64,000 nt of DNA. Origin: Eledone cirrhosa (Eukaryota). Of this stretch, positions 1 through 21,780 are shown one piece after another (the stretch's first letter is position 1; each line of letters starts with the position of its first letter). The position numbers and the translations under genes were made by a program. The notes beneath the pieces are model-generated. The model did not search any database, was not told where the DNA came from, and saw only the letters and a program-made list of their open reading frames with translations. The stretch spans positions 308,078,001 to 308,142,000 of the forward strand of contig OZ024741.1 in the NCBI GenBank assembly GCA_964016885.1. Direction: 5' to 3'.

Positions 1-128
1 CCTTGCCGTTCTGAGTTCAAATCCCGCCGAGGTTAACTTTGTCTTTCATCCTTACGGGGTCGATAAAATAAAGTACCAGTAATGTACTGGGTATTTGCTG
101 GCCTTGTGCCAAATGTAGAAACAATTAT
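1..128 (+). mobile_element. tRNA-derived SINE family A, partial copy
   Basis: B-box-like GAGTTCAAATCCC, central CTTTCATCCTTACGGGGTCGATAAAATAAAGTACCAG and 3' GCTGGCCTTGTGCC..AGAAACAATT, all shared with about 20 copies in the window. The central domain resembles my recollection of the MetaSINE-type domain (unverified). Confidence 0.8.
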
Positions 129-739
129 ATTATACTATTCTTTACCATTTCAGATTTGCCAACCTCTAAAAACACATATGGGAAGTGCCATGAAAATAAA
201 GTGCCCCAAAATGGAGAGAAATGAGACAAAATGTGGAGATTTTATATAATGAAAGCTATACCCATTTCCACAAGAGCAGATATCTCTCACGCACCCCAAA
301 GGCTATTGCAAATCTCCCCGTTGGGCGGAGGAGTTGACAGGTCTACCATTTCATAATATATTTCATAATGTATTAAGATATGTGTCCTTGAAAGTCTGAC
401 CGAATAGGCTCGAGCCACAACACGCTCCTCGTTTGCTTTTTACTCATATTGTATCTAGGACTGTGATATCCATTTTGATCTTTTCTTTATGGTTTGTTTT
501 GAGCGGGATTTAGCGATTATTTCTAACAGATTGAGCGACTGCATAGAGGCACCCTCGTTAGCTCGATTAAGATATATTATAATATCAGGTGTACAGCATG
601 CATCGCCGGAAGTGAAAGATATCATCCATCTTAATGACATTTCCCACTTGCAGGATTGTGTTTCAAGCGGGGGTTTGTGGTGGTGAAGTATCGAGTTGAT
701 AACTGAAACACAAAGAACATAAATATTAAATATTATACC

Positions 740-8567
<7,828 letters not shown>

Positions 8568-9452
8568 CACCCGAACGAATCAACGAGAGAGTCCATATAT
8601 GATTGCTTGACATGTTAGAAACAGTAGCCAAATCTCCAGCTACTCACATCCTACCCTCTTTATAAAAAGACAGGGTAGCCATTGATAGAAGGTCTTAAAT
8701 CAAGTGAATGTTTTATTTTGTTTTGTTTTGTTGTTGTTTAGCCACAGAAAAGTTCTGATCGACAATAATTTTTATCAAAAGCCCTTCCACCCATGACCAT
8801 CCCGTTATTACGTTGGTAGTTGTGTTGGTAAGTTAGCTTTGATTAGATAAACACATAATCAACATCCCATTCATTCGTGATCATCCCGTCGTATTGTATA
8901 CCTATGACTACATTGATATGCTGTTTGTTTTAAAGACAAGTGAATGTGAAATGGAAATATTTGACTACTATTTTTAGCTGGTCATACAACCACGTTGATG
9001 GCACGTCTGAAGCAGAGATTACCTCAAGGAAATTTTATAATACATAAATCTCTGAGAAAGGTGTCATAATCCAGTGTTTGATATTCTCTGAGTCTGAAAA
9101 GCATTTGTAATGGCTATTTTAAATATTTTACGAGTGTTTGATATCATTTAACCATCATTTAGCATGTAAGTGTATGTAGTGTTTGACAGAAAATGTAAAC
9201 TTACTGCACAAAATTAGATTTAGAACTGTACAGGCAGAGGTCAACTGCACGTTAAGATAATCACTGGTCTGAAGTGAATAAGTCTTCATAAAACAGGCTT
9301 ACAGAAGACACGACTAAGCTAAATTTTCCACGTAGCCCTTATCATTACTCCTAACTTTGGTAGGCTTAACTTACGCTTTGAATCGAAAGAACTTTACTAC
9401 CGCTTTACTGTATTTGCCTTAATATTGTACTTTTCTGTATTATTATAATTCG

Positions 9453-9863
9453 GTGGATTGGCAGTATGGGTAGAGCCTCGGACACTATGCTTCATGGTAT
9501 AGAGTTACGGCCCTTCACTTTCTGAGTTCAAAACCCTTCGAGGTTAGCTTTGCCTTTCATCCTTACGTGATCGATAAAATAAAGTACCAGTAATGAACTG
9601 GGATAATTGCTGGCCTTGTGCCAAAAAGTAAAAACAATTAAGGACAGTGGATTGGCAGTATCGGTAGAGGGTCGGACGCCATGCTTATGTAACATAGTGT
9701 TACGGCCCTTTACGGTCTTAGTTCAAATCCCGCCGAGGTTAACTTTGCCTTTCATCCTTATGGGGTCGATAAAATAAAGTACCAGTCACGCACTGGGGTC
9801 GATTTAATCGACTTTCCCCTTCCCAAAAATTGCTGGCCTTGCGCCTATATAAGAAACCATTAT
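9453..9863 (+). mobile_element. Two tandem SINE family A copies (9453-9640, 9647-9863)
   Basis: Each begins GTGGATTGGCAGTAT (A-box-like) and carries a GTTCAAA B-box, the central domain and the 3' end. Confidence 0.85.
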
Positions 9864-9911
9864 TTTTTAAGATAAGATTATTTTTATTTAGCAATGAGGG
9901 ATACTTCTTAG

Positions 9912-10256
9912 TAGTCTCCGGTCTCGAATAATACCCAACCCCAACTTATTAATTTTTCAGATTTTTCCAATTATCCCTCCAGCCCCCGTTTATTAAATTT
10001 TGCTAATCTATCTCCGGCAAAATGTTATTTTAAGTAGTAGCATTCCTGCGATGGTTAATTTTCTTTATACAATTAAAAAACATTATACATGACAATAAAG
10101 TACATTACTAGAAATCCCATACGTTATAAAATAAATAGGATTGTGGCCTCAATATGTAAACTAAACGATTAATTCTGGTTTTTTTTTAAATCAACGGGGA
10201 CTACCTAGAAAAAAATCATCGATTTTCCACCCCCTATTATTTGGAACCCGGAAGTA
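9912..10256. mobile_element. Possible MITE with degenerate ~22 bp terminal inverted repeats
   Basis: Left TAGTCTCCGGTCTCGAATAATA versus reverse complement of the right end TACTTCCGGGTTCCAAATAATA; both ends are TA. Confidence 0.35.
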
Positions 10257-10671
10257 CAGAAGGTGAAGAGTATGTCTCAGTTCAGCAAATATGGAATCTT
10301 TAAAATGTCCTATGTATTGCGACTTTTGTGCCACCCTGTATAAGGTTCTTTGAGCTCCGAGTTAAAATCTCCCCGAGGACAACATTGACTTCCATTCTTT
10401 GATAAAATAAAATACAAGTGAATGACTGAACTGGTGGAATTGTTAGAGCGTAAGACAAAGGCCACACACTATTTGTTCCGGGTCTCTGCGTTTTAATCAT
10501 AAAACTCACCGAGGACAACATTGACTATAATCCTTTCGGAGCAATGAAATAGACTATAAATGGAGGGGGTGGAATTGTTAGAACACCGGTTGAGATGTCT
10601 CGTGGTGACGTTTATTTCTGCTCTTAACATTGTAAATTTAAATTTCTTTGTGGCCTACTTTGGTATATGAA

Positions 10672-10798
10672 GACGCGTGGCCTAGGGATAAGTGTGTTGA
10701 ACTTACAATCATAATGTCATGGATTCGATTCTTGGGCTGTGTTGTGTTCTTGAGCAACACATTTCATTTCACGTTGCTTCAGCTGAAAATGGGTACAA
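10672..10798 (+). mobile_element. tRNA-derived SINE family B
   Basis: GCGTGGCCTAG head, GGATTCGATTC B-box and TTCTTGAGCAACACATTTCATTTCACGTTGCT, homologous to 57563-57680. Confidence 0.65.
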
Positions 10799-11982
10799 GC
10801 AATATGGGAAGTTTAACCCTGCGATGTCCAGGGGATTTATTTTACTCTCAGTCACTTCACACCAACTGATTGTTTCAAATCTTCAAGTCTTAAAATCTTA
10901 AAATCTTAAATCTTATCTCGGCAGAGCGTCAGATAAATGCTTCGCTAATTGTTCCAGCACTCTCAGCTTTCAGTTCAAATCACGCCATGGTCAACATTGC
11001 CTTTCGTCAATAAGAAGCCGATAAAAAAGACTATCAATTCAATACTGGTGTTAATTCTTCTTCTATATCTTTTTCTTACTTCCTCTCTTTTTCTCATTCT
11101 CTATGTTTATACCTGATGAGGCATTGGCTCCGCAAGGTTTAAAATCCCCAAGGCATGTCGTATGCCACAACGGCGCCTTTATGACTCCATCACGAGTTAC
11201 CTGTTCACACATCATTTCCAGTCTAGTGGCAGTGAATTGGTGTAGTTGTTACAGCGTTGGGCGAGATACCTAATAATAAATGTTTCGGCCCTGTGTTCCT
11301 TTTTCAAATCCCCCTTATTGTCACTGGAAATATAATATCCTCAGCCCAGCCTGGAAAATCATTTTCTTCCTTTTGTCTACTAATAGCATGCATAATCTTA
11401 GTTAATTAAAATATTTGGTCAATGTCTTCGGTTTGAGGAGACCTTCCTCTAGTGCTCAGTCTCCAAGGCCTTGACAAGGATCATGGGCAGTATACCTTCC
11501 TTTCCAGACAAAACAGTAACAATAAAAATAGACAAAAGAAACCTACTAGAGTGACTACGTGGTCTAAGACGTGAGAATTGTTTTTCTCAAGGAGGAGTTC
11601 TAGAATAGCCGCAATCTGATGATGGAAACCAGGAAAAAAATTATGAAACCGGATCTTGAACACTGGCTCACACATGTCTACCAAGTCTTAGGAAACAATA
11701 ACTTAAGCACTTCAATTTGAACATCTTGATACATAGACATAAAGCTACGTAACATGAGAAATCTCCCAAGATGTAAATCCAACTGGATATTTACTTAGGT
11801 TTCGTCTTACCACTTATCAATCTATGCAATTTCTCTCTCTCTCACTCACTCTTTATCTCTCTCCCTCTCTACTTCTCTTTCTATACCATTCTCCCTCTCT
11901 ATCTCTCTTTCTCTACCGCTCTCCCTCCCCCCTCTCTCTCTTTACTGCTCTCCCTCCCTCCACCTTTCTTTCTCCCTCCCTT

Positions 11983-12186
11983 TCGATGACGAGTGCACTA
12001 GTTGATTAAATCAACGAAACTGCTTCCTTGTGAAATTAACATGTAAGCGACTGAGCATTCCACAGCGTGCTTCCTTAACGTAGTTCTCAGGGAGATTCAG
12101 CGTGACACAAAAAACACGCCACCTAGTCCTGTAACCGAACTCGTGACCTTGCGATTTTGAGCCGAAAACCCTAGCCACACAACTAT
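11983..12186 (-). mobile_element. SINE-like repeat with shared tail (GAGAACTACGTTAAGG..GTGGAATGCTCAG..GTTAATTTCAC)
   Basis: The tail is homologous to 1893-1960, 2325-2377 and 50130-50290. A tRNA-like head lies at 12135-12186 on the minus strand. Confidence 0.6.
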
Positions 12187-12376
12187 GTGTGTGTGTGTGT
12201 GTGTGTTTATTTCTCATATCTATGAGAAGATTATCCGGTTTGTGTCACATATTAAAATACTTGTATCGAGATTCCTATGATTTGAAAAAAAAAAGTAGAT
12301 ACAGTTATATTAACCAATCAAATTTGTGTAAATTCACATCCTTTTTGTATTGTCATCATATCATTTCTGATTTAGG

Positions 12377-12570
12377 TACAAGACCAATAAAGGCCAGTAA
12401 TTTTTGAATTTTTTTTTTTGTGGGGACTGGGGGCAAGTCGATTAAATCGACCCTGTAAAGATAAAAGGCAAAACTAACCTCGCCGGGATTTGAAATCAGA
12501 ACGTTAAGAACCGTGACTATATGCAGTAAAGCATGTTGTCCGACGCTCTACCGATACTGCCAATCCACCA
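12377..12570 (-). mobile_element. SINE family A
   Basis: Reverse complement of the consensus, ending CTCTACCGATACTGCCAATCCAC. Confidence 0.8.
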
Positions 12571-12984
12571 TTAGTGATTGAACTAAAGCATTCTATGTTG
12601 ATTATTATATGAATACAGTCCCCTAAATATATTGACATTATGGCGACGACGAATTGGAAGAGTCGTTAGAGCGTCGGATTAAATGTTTTGCAACAATTGT
12701 TCTGGTTTTCTGTGCTTTGAGTCCAAATTCTGCCAAAATTACTTCGTCGTTCATCATTTCGTGGGTCGATAAATAAAGAATCTGTTCAGGTGCGGTGGAT
12801 TATGGAAATTGCTAAAATGCTTGGTGGGATGCCTATAAATCCCAGCCCATGTCACCAACATAACAATGACACTTCTGGCAGGAGTTGCAACCGACTGTAT
12901 CAGGAAAGGAAATGTAGTTTTCTTGCTCCGACATAACGATCGGCGCTTTCCTTTCCTAGGTCGATTTGTGTCCGTCACCACCCA

Positions 12985-14911
12985 TACTCATATCACCTCC
13001 AACCCTAACCCCTCTATCCCGTCACCTACCACTGAATCTGCACACGCTTTGCCCAACCACCTTGACCCCTCCGCTTCCGCCTCTTTCACTCCCTCACGTC
13101 CCAGCACTGTAGTTACCATACTCCAGGACCTACCACTCTCCGAAGCTGAGCGCTCCCTCCTCGCCCGTGGTTTGCGTTTTATACCAACCACATCTACTGC
13201 GACGAGTTCCGCACACGTGCCGAGATTGAAGGGTTCTTCCGTCGATTAAAGCTGAAAGCTTTTTTTCACGACACGCCATCATCAACACAGAGGGATGACT
13301 TCACTCGTCTCAGTCGCCGGCAATCACATTGGACGCCGAGCTCTGGCCAGTTCAGCACCCTCGACTCCTTAGTCGATACTTGCCGGCTTACTGTGAATCG
13401 GTTCCGTTTCCACCAGCATTCTCGTCGATCTAACATCACGCGGACTGAGCTCTCCGCTCTTCGCAACCTTCGGTGTCGCGATGACATTGTCATCAAACCC
13501 GCTGACAAAGGTGGCGCTGTGGTGGTTTGGAGCGCTGACCTCTATAGGGCTGAGGATCTCCGCCAGCTTCACAATACCCTTTTATACCGCCCTTTATCCT
13601 CCGACCCCACTCCTGGCTACTAACAACTCGTGTCCTCCACCATCCACGAGCTCATCTCCTCCCCCCCAGCCACCAACCTTATTGTACGCACCCCTCGCTC
13701 ATCCACCCTCTACTTCCTCTCCAAAATACACAAACAAAATAATCTTGGCCGTCCTATCGTTTCTGCGTGCAACTGCCCCACCGAGATAATTTCTGAATAT
13801 TTAGACACCATCCTCGCCCCGTTGGTCGGCAATCTCCCCTCCCACATCCACGATACAAATCATGCCCTTAGACTTTTCAACTCTTTCTCCTTCCCTCCTG
13901 GTCCCTCCCGCCTTCTCTTTACCCTGGACATCACCTCTCTCTATACTGTCATCCCTCATGATGAAAGCCTCCGCGCTCTCCAGCATTTTTTAGATTTACG
14001 CCCTACCCCTTACTCTAGCACTACCACTCTTCTGCGTCTGGCTGAGCTTGTTCTCACCCTTAATGGCTTTTCTTTTTCGAGTGAATTTTATCAGCAGATC
14101 TCTGAGGTAGCGATGGGAACCAGAATAGGTTCAAACTATGCCAACTTGTTTGTTGGCTACGTCGAAGCCCAGATCTTCTCCCAGTACGCTGGACCGACTC
14201 CTGAGCTATACGGTCGTTACATAGACGACTGTATCCGCGCCACCTCTCTATCATGAGAGCAGCTCGACTGTTTTCTTTCTTTTGTCCTATCTTTCCATCC
14301 TTCTCTCAATTTCACCGCCTCCGTCTCCGATTCTTCTGTCGCTTTTCTAGATATCTCTCTATCTATTAATCACTCTCACCACATCCCCACTACTTCCATC
14401 TACATTAAACCAACTGACTCCCAATCTTATCTCGACTTCACCTCCTCCCATCCAACCCACACCAAACACTCCATACCCTATTCCCAATTCCTCCGTCTTC
14501 GTCGACTCTGTAGCCAGGATGACGATTTCGAAACCCATTCCCTTCGCATGGCTTCCACTTCATCCAGCGTGGATATCCCCTCACCTTGATCCAAGCTGCT
14601 CCCACCCGCGCTCGTGAAACAGACCACACCACAGCCCTCTCACCTCACCCCGCCCTCCCAACACCCGTGTTCCATTCCCTCTCACCTATCGCCCCATAGC
14701 CCTACCACTCCGGCGACATATCCTCCGTTCCTTCCGAATCCTCTCTTCTGATCCCGTCACTTTTTCCCCAACCCACCCATTACTGCTTGTAAGCGCGCCC
14801 CAAACCTCCGGGACCTCCTGGTTCGCAGTTCTATTTCGTCCTCTCCCACAACTCCACCCGGCTCTCATCCTTGTTCCCGTTACCGCTGTAGCACTTGTCC
14901 CTTTATTTCCA

Positions 14912-14912
<1 letters not shown>
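12985..14912 (+). mobile_element. Penelope-like retroelement, degenerate RT, 3'-truncated at the zinc knuckle preceding the GIY-YIG domain
   Basis: Motifs LSEAERSLLARGLRFIP, IVIKPADKGGAVVVW, LYFLSKIHK, RPIVS, LDITSLYTVIP, AMGTRIGSNYANLFVG, RYIDD, FLD, SHPTHTKHSIPYSQFLRLRRLCS and CSRYRCSTCPFI. Contains stops and frameshifts; abuts (TA)n at 14913. Confidence 0.92.
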
Positions 14913-14959
<47 letters not shown>

Positions 14960-14960
<1 letters not shown>

Positions 14961-15427
14961 TTGTGACAATTATTGACACATAGTGCTGGGCCCATGCTAC
15001 CATGTGACAAGTGCAGAGATCTCCAGATATAAAGCAATGCCTGCGCCGTGAAGCTTTTATAGTGAGCAAAGGCACTGCACAAAGCCAGTCCCACTCTCTT
15101 AACCAAGATGATATTTACCAAAAAGAAGAACAAGTCAACATCATTGGATACCATCAAGGTTGCAGGTGTTATATCAGAGTTTTCTTTCTCCTAGAATTCT
15201 GCCTTGACAAAGGCTAAGGGGTCATCTCTCCCGGTTTGGATGGCCATTGACTCTTAAGAGCTCCTTTTCCCTTTGACAGGTTTTGTTTTTAGTCCTGCAG
15301 GATGTCCAAAGTCACCCTCCTCACCAAGAAACCTTGGTGGGGTTGCCAGTTTAGTCGCCAACGACCCGACCATGAGACAGGTTGTACTGGGATACATGTT
15401 ACCAGTAGCACCAACTGGTGACCTGAC
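14960..15427 (-). mobile_element. Probable 5' region of an RTE-related element with a degenerate HDV-like ribozyme remnant
   Basis: Unique GC-richer island between (TA)n tracts. The minus strand reads CCAGT..ACC TGTCTCAT GGT CGGGTCGTT GGCGACTAA ACTGG CAACCCCACC. Confidence 0.4.
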
Positions 15428-15458
<31 letters not shown>

Positions 15459-15758
15459 TGAAAAACAAGGGGAAGAAGAATACGGCATGGTTGCACATGG
15501 ATTACATATTATAAAATTAGTCCCTCATCAGTGATTTTGCCAACCATCATTGGTATTTCATCGCATTAAAAATCAAATACCTCAGGTTGGTGCGAGCAAT
15601 AACTAAATTAAGCTATTGGGACAAGTGAAACGCGTAAAGCGAGTGAGACAAGTAAACAACAGAAGGAAAAGCAAACCGAAGGTTGGAAAACAGCAAGCCA
15701 CATGGTAGTTATCCGATCAGCATAAACTGGGTGAATTTCATGAGCGGTCAGAGAAGCA

Positions 15759-15814
<56 letters not shown>

Positions 15815-15973
15815 AAAAAGAGATGCAATCGAAAATGCAACTGGACTCTTATTTTTTTTTTAAATATATATTGAGTTGTTGTTTTGTTGAGACTATGGTG
15901 GCATTTTCGGTCTTCGTGTGGTGGGTATATATTAGAAAGTGAGGTCTTTTTTACAAAATGAAAAATAACCGAG

Positions 15974-16011
<38 letters not shown>

Positions 16012-16180
16012 TTTAATATAGAAATGACTTCTATAGGATTGGAACTGTTTCCTTCAAAGAAACCATCAGAAAATGAAACTGTTCTAGTCCTGTAGAAGCC
16101 ATTTATATATTAAACATGATGTTTTCACTCTACTGATGTATTGAGTACCTGACTAACTCTGGTCACCACTGACTGAACCA

Positions 16181-16272
<92 letters not shown>

Positions 16273-16745
16273 ATATATATACATTACACACCCACACACA
16301 TATACACACGCAAATATGATATACATATTTATGTATATGAGAGAGAAAGAACAGGGGAGCTAAGAAATAAAGTAAAAACGGGGTGGGGTGTCTTTAATTA
16401 ATTTCATAATGAAATAAATAAATAAACATATCATGGCCCTAGAACGGAAAAGAAACGAAATTGGTTTCTATCTTAATTGATATTTTAAATTAATATATCA
16501 ATTAAATTTATGTAGTCATGCGTCTGTCGACGTGATGAATGTATTTGTGAATTTCTATGTGGATGGCATGTATATATCTATGTTTATATGAATATATGTG
16601 TATGTGAATGTGTGTGTGTGTATAAGTGAGATGTGTGTATTTATCTATACATGTTTATATACTCTCTCGCACAGACACACACGCACACACACAGACACAC
16701 ACAGTCACACACACACGCACCCATATATATATATATATATATATA

Positions 16746-16782
<37 letters not shown>

Positions 16783-17088
16783 GAGGGGGGTATGTTAACG
16801 AGTTGTGTGACTTTGTGTAAATTTCTATGTGCGTATGTGTATACATACGTAAATATTTATGTTTGCCTTTCGATGTATGTGCACAAATCTAGTTGTTATA
16901 GAATATATATGTGTTTACACATACATATATATATATATATATATAAATCATACACAAAACTCCAGCAACAACAGGTTTCCAAGAGATGCCAACATGAATG
17001 GACCTGTTATTTTTTTTATCTAAAGACATTTGTATTCCAATTCCACTCCACCCGTCCCTTCAATCTATCTTATTTCTCATTATTTCTT

Positions 17089-17118
17089 CTGATGAAGGAC
17101 TTCCGTCCGATACGTTAT
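17089..17118 (+). ncRNA. Minimal hammerhead ribozyme motif with a core mutation (GAAA to GATA)
   Basis: CTGATGA A GGAC TTCC GTCC GATA CGT TA, about 45 nt before a TA tract. Confidence 0.55.
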
Positions 17119-17844
17119 GACCCGCTTTCTGCTATTTCAAGCGTTAACCTAATATATTCCTTCCATATATAGTATCGATTGTGTTGTTATTTCTGTTTAC
17201 CTTTTACATACATATACATATAGGCAGATAAGATTTACCTAATTTTCTTCTTCGTCCGGAGAAATTAACACTTCTGCCCTCTTGCCCTAGGCCCAAAGCC
17301 CAATCACCCTTCCCCTTCACCCTCCCTCTATTCTGCGACACCAGAGCTCTTGCCATCCCCTCCCCTTCCCGTTCTTTTCTTCTCTCTTTTTTCCCTATTC
17401 TTTCTTTCATTTGTTTCCCCCCCTTTTTTTGTATTATTTCTTAGAAATTGTACCTTGTTTCTATTAAAATCTAGTATACTATATAAATAATCAAGTAAAC
17501 TGGTAAATTTAAAATGTAAGTTTGAAGAAATAATAGATAAATGTTTACCAACATTTCTCTTGGCCTAACATCATATATTGTGGATACGTGTGTTCGTATA
17601 TATGTGTATGTATGTGTATGTGAGCATGTTTGAGTCCAAATATGCACTGTTTCTGACATGAAGATATTTCTGGCCGCTTAGAACTGGAGAGATAAATATT
17701 CTTGAGGTTCTATTTAAATTATGGCAGGTCCACTCCTTTAGGAAAGACATTAGCAAGGAAGACGTACCAGAAGACCAACGTTCTTGGCAGGGAGGACTGG
17801 GCATATTAGTTAGTGTGGAGCATGAGATTTGGACGTAACATAAA

Positions 17845-18010
17845 TGTTTCTAATTTAGGCTCAAGGCTAGCAATTTTGAGGGAGGGGGAAAATTGATTAA
17901 ATCGACCCATTGCATTACTGGTGCTTATTTTATCGATCCCGTAGGGCAAAGCTAACCTCGGCGGGATATAAACGCCAAAATTAAAGGGCCGTAACTCTGT
18001 GCTGCAAAAC
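17845..18010 (-). mobile_element. SINE family A
   Basis: Reverse complement of the central domain and 3' end. Confidence 0.7.
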
Positions 18011-18567
18011 ATTTTATAAATATGTAAAATATGTACTTCCTTGCAGTCTGTGCGCGCGCGTGCGTGTGTATGTGTGTGTGTGAGTGTGTGCGTCTGTGTG
18101 TGTGTAAGTGTTCGTAATGTAGCTGTTGCAACAGACATATGCAGCAAAGAGCATAATGTTGTATCAATAGCAAGCGTATAACAAAGATGCATCGCCCCAA
18201 AATACACACCTACACAACCAAGTCAAAAGAGTTCTTCTATAGCTATGGGTTCATCAATGCTCACAGGGATTGCGTTGGGTTTGACTGAGGAACTGATTTG
18301 GGCATATAAAGACTTATACAAGCAGAGAGGTTGAATAAGTCGCACAAATCGAAACTTGGAGTGGCAGGAAATAATTTTTTTTTACATATTGGATTTCCTG
18401 ACACTCCAAGTTTCAATTTGTGCGATTTATTCTAGCTCTCTGCTTGTATAAGTCTTTATATGCGTATTCAGTCCTTAAGATCAGTAAGTGTTTGTTGATA
18501 ATCCAAATACACCGACACCCCTCACATATAACCCCGCCCCCATATATATATATATGTATATATGTGC

Positions 18568-18656
<89 letters not shown>

Positions 18657-20748
18657 TGTGTGTGTGTGTGCATACATTCAAGTGATTATAACAGTGTGTG
18701 TTTTATGACTAGCTAAATGTCAGTTCCTCGTTATATAAATATATATATATATGTGTGTGCATGTGTGTGTATGTGTGTGTATGTGTATGTATGTATATGT
18801 GTGTATGTGTGTGTGCATGTGTGTATGTATGTGTGTGTTAGTGTGTGTGTGTATGTATGTGTGTGTGTGTGTGTGAGTGTGTGTGTGAGTGTGTGTGTGT
18901 GTGTGTCTATGTTTGGGCAGAGAATGGTAGAATATAAAAACAACGCATGTCCCAAATTCACATCTTGCAGTAGTTGACTGACTACTATAGCTTTCAATTT
19001 TCTGTACCAGTTATATCTGGTCATCGATTTCATCGACTTCCACATTGTGTGGTGAATATTATGAAAAAAAACGACTAATTATGTGTGAGAACATTATAGA
19101 TAGAGATAGGTAGAGATAGAGAGAGAGGGGGAGAGATGTAAGGAGAGGAAGAGAGAGCATGTAAGAAACAAACATTAAATGCAAGCATATGTGTGAATGT
19201 AGAAGTAAAGGTTTATAGGTTAAAAAGAGAAGGGAAAAAGGGAAATAGAGATAGAGAAAGAGTGGGAGATAAGGGGGGAAGAGATAGAGATAGAGAGAGG
19301 GAAAGAGTGGGGAATGAAGGGAGGGAAAAGAGAGATAGAGAGAGAGGAGAAAGAGTGGCGAATAAGGAGAGGAGATAGTGATAGAGAGAGGGGAAGAGTG
19401 GGGATAATGGGAGGGAAATAGAGAGAATCTAAATAATAAATGGAAGAGAGGGGAAGGAAGAAAATATATAGAGAGAAGAAGAGAGTGTGAGGGGGATAAA
19501 GAGGCGGGGAGAGACATATATCAAAGACCTCATATGCAACAGACTGATATGAATTTTACTAATATAATTTAAAGAGGAAAATAACAAAACAGAAATAAAC
19601 AAACAAAGAAAGCCACGTGGATACAAAAAAGTACGCCACAAACTAACTCTAATAAACAACTTCACGTTCAATAAGAAAAACAACAAAAAGAAGACAAAAT
19701 CTCAAAAAACAAAAACAGAACAACAGGTATACATTATATGTAATTTATTTGCGAAATTAACATAAGTTTAACATAAACTAATTGCTATTTATTGATTATA
19801 TAAATATTTTATTTGTTTATTTTTTCTTTCTCCGCTTCTTTTAATTAAAAATGTTGTCATCATGTTTAGTTTTTGTTGTTCTTGTTCTTCTTTTTGTTCT
19901 GCTTTCATGAAACAACAACAACAACAAAAATGGCGAAATTAAAATAAAACCATGTCTATAACGAGATATCTGACATTTTTATTAAAGATGTCTGCCAAAA
20001 TTATTTGAAAACTAAATTATTTGAAACATGGCGTATTAGATAGCAGTTGACCGTAATGTTACCATGCTGTGGACCAAAGGAAAGAAACATCTTCACTTTA
20101 TCTATGTATTTACAGATATTGCTTTAGCATGCGGAGTTGTATTGGCAGAATCGTTTAAACGTCCGATTTAACTCCTCGGTTTTTATAACGGCTTTGGGCA
20201 CTCAGAGTTCAAATTTACCTTTTTTCCATGCGGTCTGTATAAATAAAGTACAATCCAGGAGTGATGGTTGGGGGAATTAAGGATTTTCAGTATCTGTTCC
20301 GGGTCTGTGTGTTCTGAGGTCAAATTTCGTCTCTTCTTACGTGAAAGCGTTGATGTCTCTAACAGGAGTTGCAGCCAGCAGATAGTATCAGAAATGAAAA
20401 GACCAATGGGAATATAGTTTTCTTTGTCTTGTGTGACGATCGACTTTTTCCTCTAGTAAAATTATATCTATCCCATGCAAGTTGTTGTTGTTAAGCGCAG
20501 AAGTATGTGTGCGCGTGTATGTGTGTACGTATGCATGTGTGAGTATACATTGGTAACACATATCGATAAAAGAGAGTACCCATTAAGTAGCGAGGGTAAT
20601 TTAATCGACTGTTAGCTTATGCCAACATAAAATCTACTAGCATGGAATTGAGGATTCAGCGACAGAAAACTGCTGTACATCTATCTGTAGTACGCTATAT
20701 TACTAACACAACATAGGTGCACACACTAGCACACATGCACATACAAAC

Positions 20749-20779
<31 letters not shown>

Positions 20780-20951
20780 CATGCATACATACATACATAC
20801 ATACATACATACATACATACATACATACATACATACATACATACATACAGGCATACATACATACATACATACATACATACATACATACATACATACATAC
20901 ATACATACATACATACATACATACATACATACATACATACATACATACATG

Positions 20952-21780
20952 AGGATTGCAGCGTCTTCACAAAAGGCCCTCTATCACTCCAAACTTGACT
21001 GCTGATGGGTTGTCAAACAGGTCAGTAAAATGTTCCTCCCAACGCTGAAGGATTTTTGAAGGCTCTTTGATGATGATATTGGCATTGTCTTTAGATCTCA
21101 GAGGAGTTACTGAGGATGTTGGTGGGCCGAAAACCTGGCGTATCAATGAGTAAAATGACCTCAAATCTTTGGTATTAAAAGCCTGTTGGATTTCCGAAGA
21201 GATATTACTCCATCACTCATTTTGCATCCTGCGCAGTTTCTGTTCCAGTGTTGTCTTGTGATCTTTGTAGGCTTTCCTAATGGCTAGTTGTGCTACGGGG
21301 TTCTGATTCAGGAGCTTTTCCTAGAGAGTGTTCTTGTTTTTCAGTAGCTGATTGATATTAGGATTGTTGTCATCTAACCAGTCCTGGTGTTTCTTGGTTC
21401 TGAAGTCAAGTACCTCAGCTCTCACTGAGTAATCTTGACCTCTAAAGTTTTCCCAGGTGCCATCAAAATCAAGACTATCAAATCTTTCAGTTAGGGTTGC
21501 ATGCACATCTGCTTGCCTCAGTTTGGTGGCATCAATGCGTTTCGGTGCTTTCACTCCACTCATACGAATTCTTGTGCGGATATTCATCTTGAACTTTCCT
21601 CGCAGTAATTTGTGGCCAGTGCCACATTCTGCACTATGCAACACACGCACTGTACACACAGCACTTAGATGTCGTTTACGAGTGATGATGAAATCAATCA
21701 TGTGTCCAAGCTTGGATCTTGGATGATACCAGGTAGCTTTATATTTGAGCTTCTGATGAAAGGTGATTAACATAACCAGC
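20952..21780 (-). mobile_element. RTE-clade LINE fragment (end of AP endonuclease plus linker)
   Basis: TWYHPRSKLGHMIDFII, AECGTGHKLL, KKHQDWLDDN, ILQRWEEHFTDLFDNP. Confidence 0.85.

Noticed and set aside
17640-17830. Possible host exon in a unique segment
   Set aside because: No recognisable protein and no consistent splice pair.
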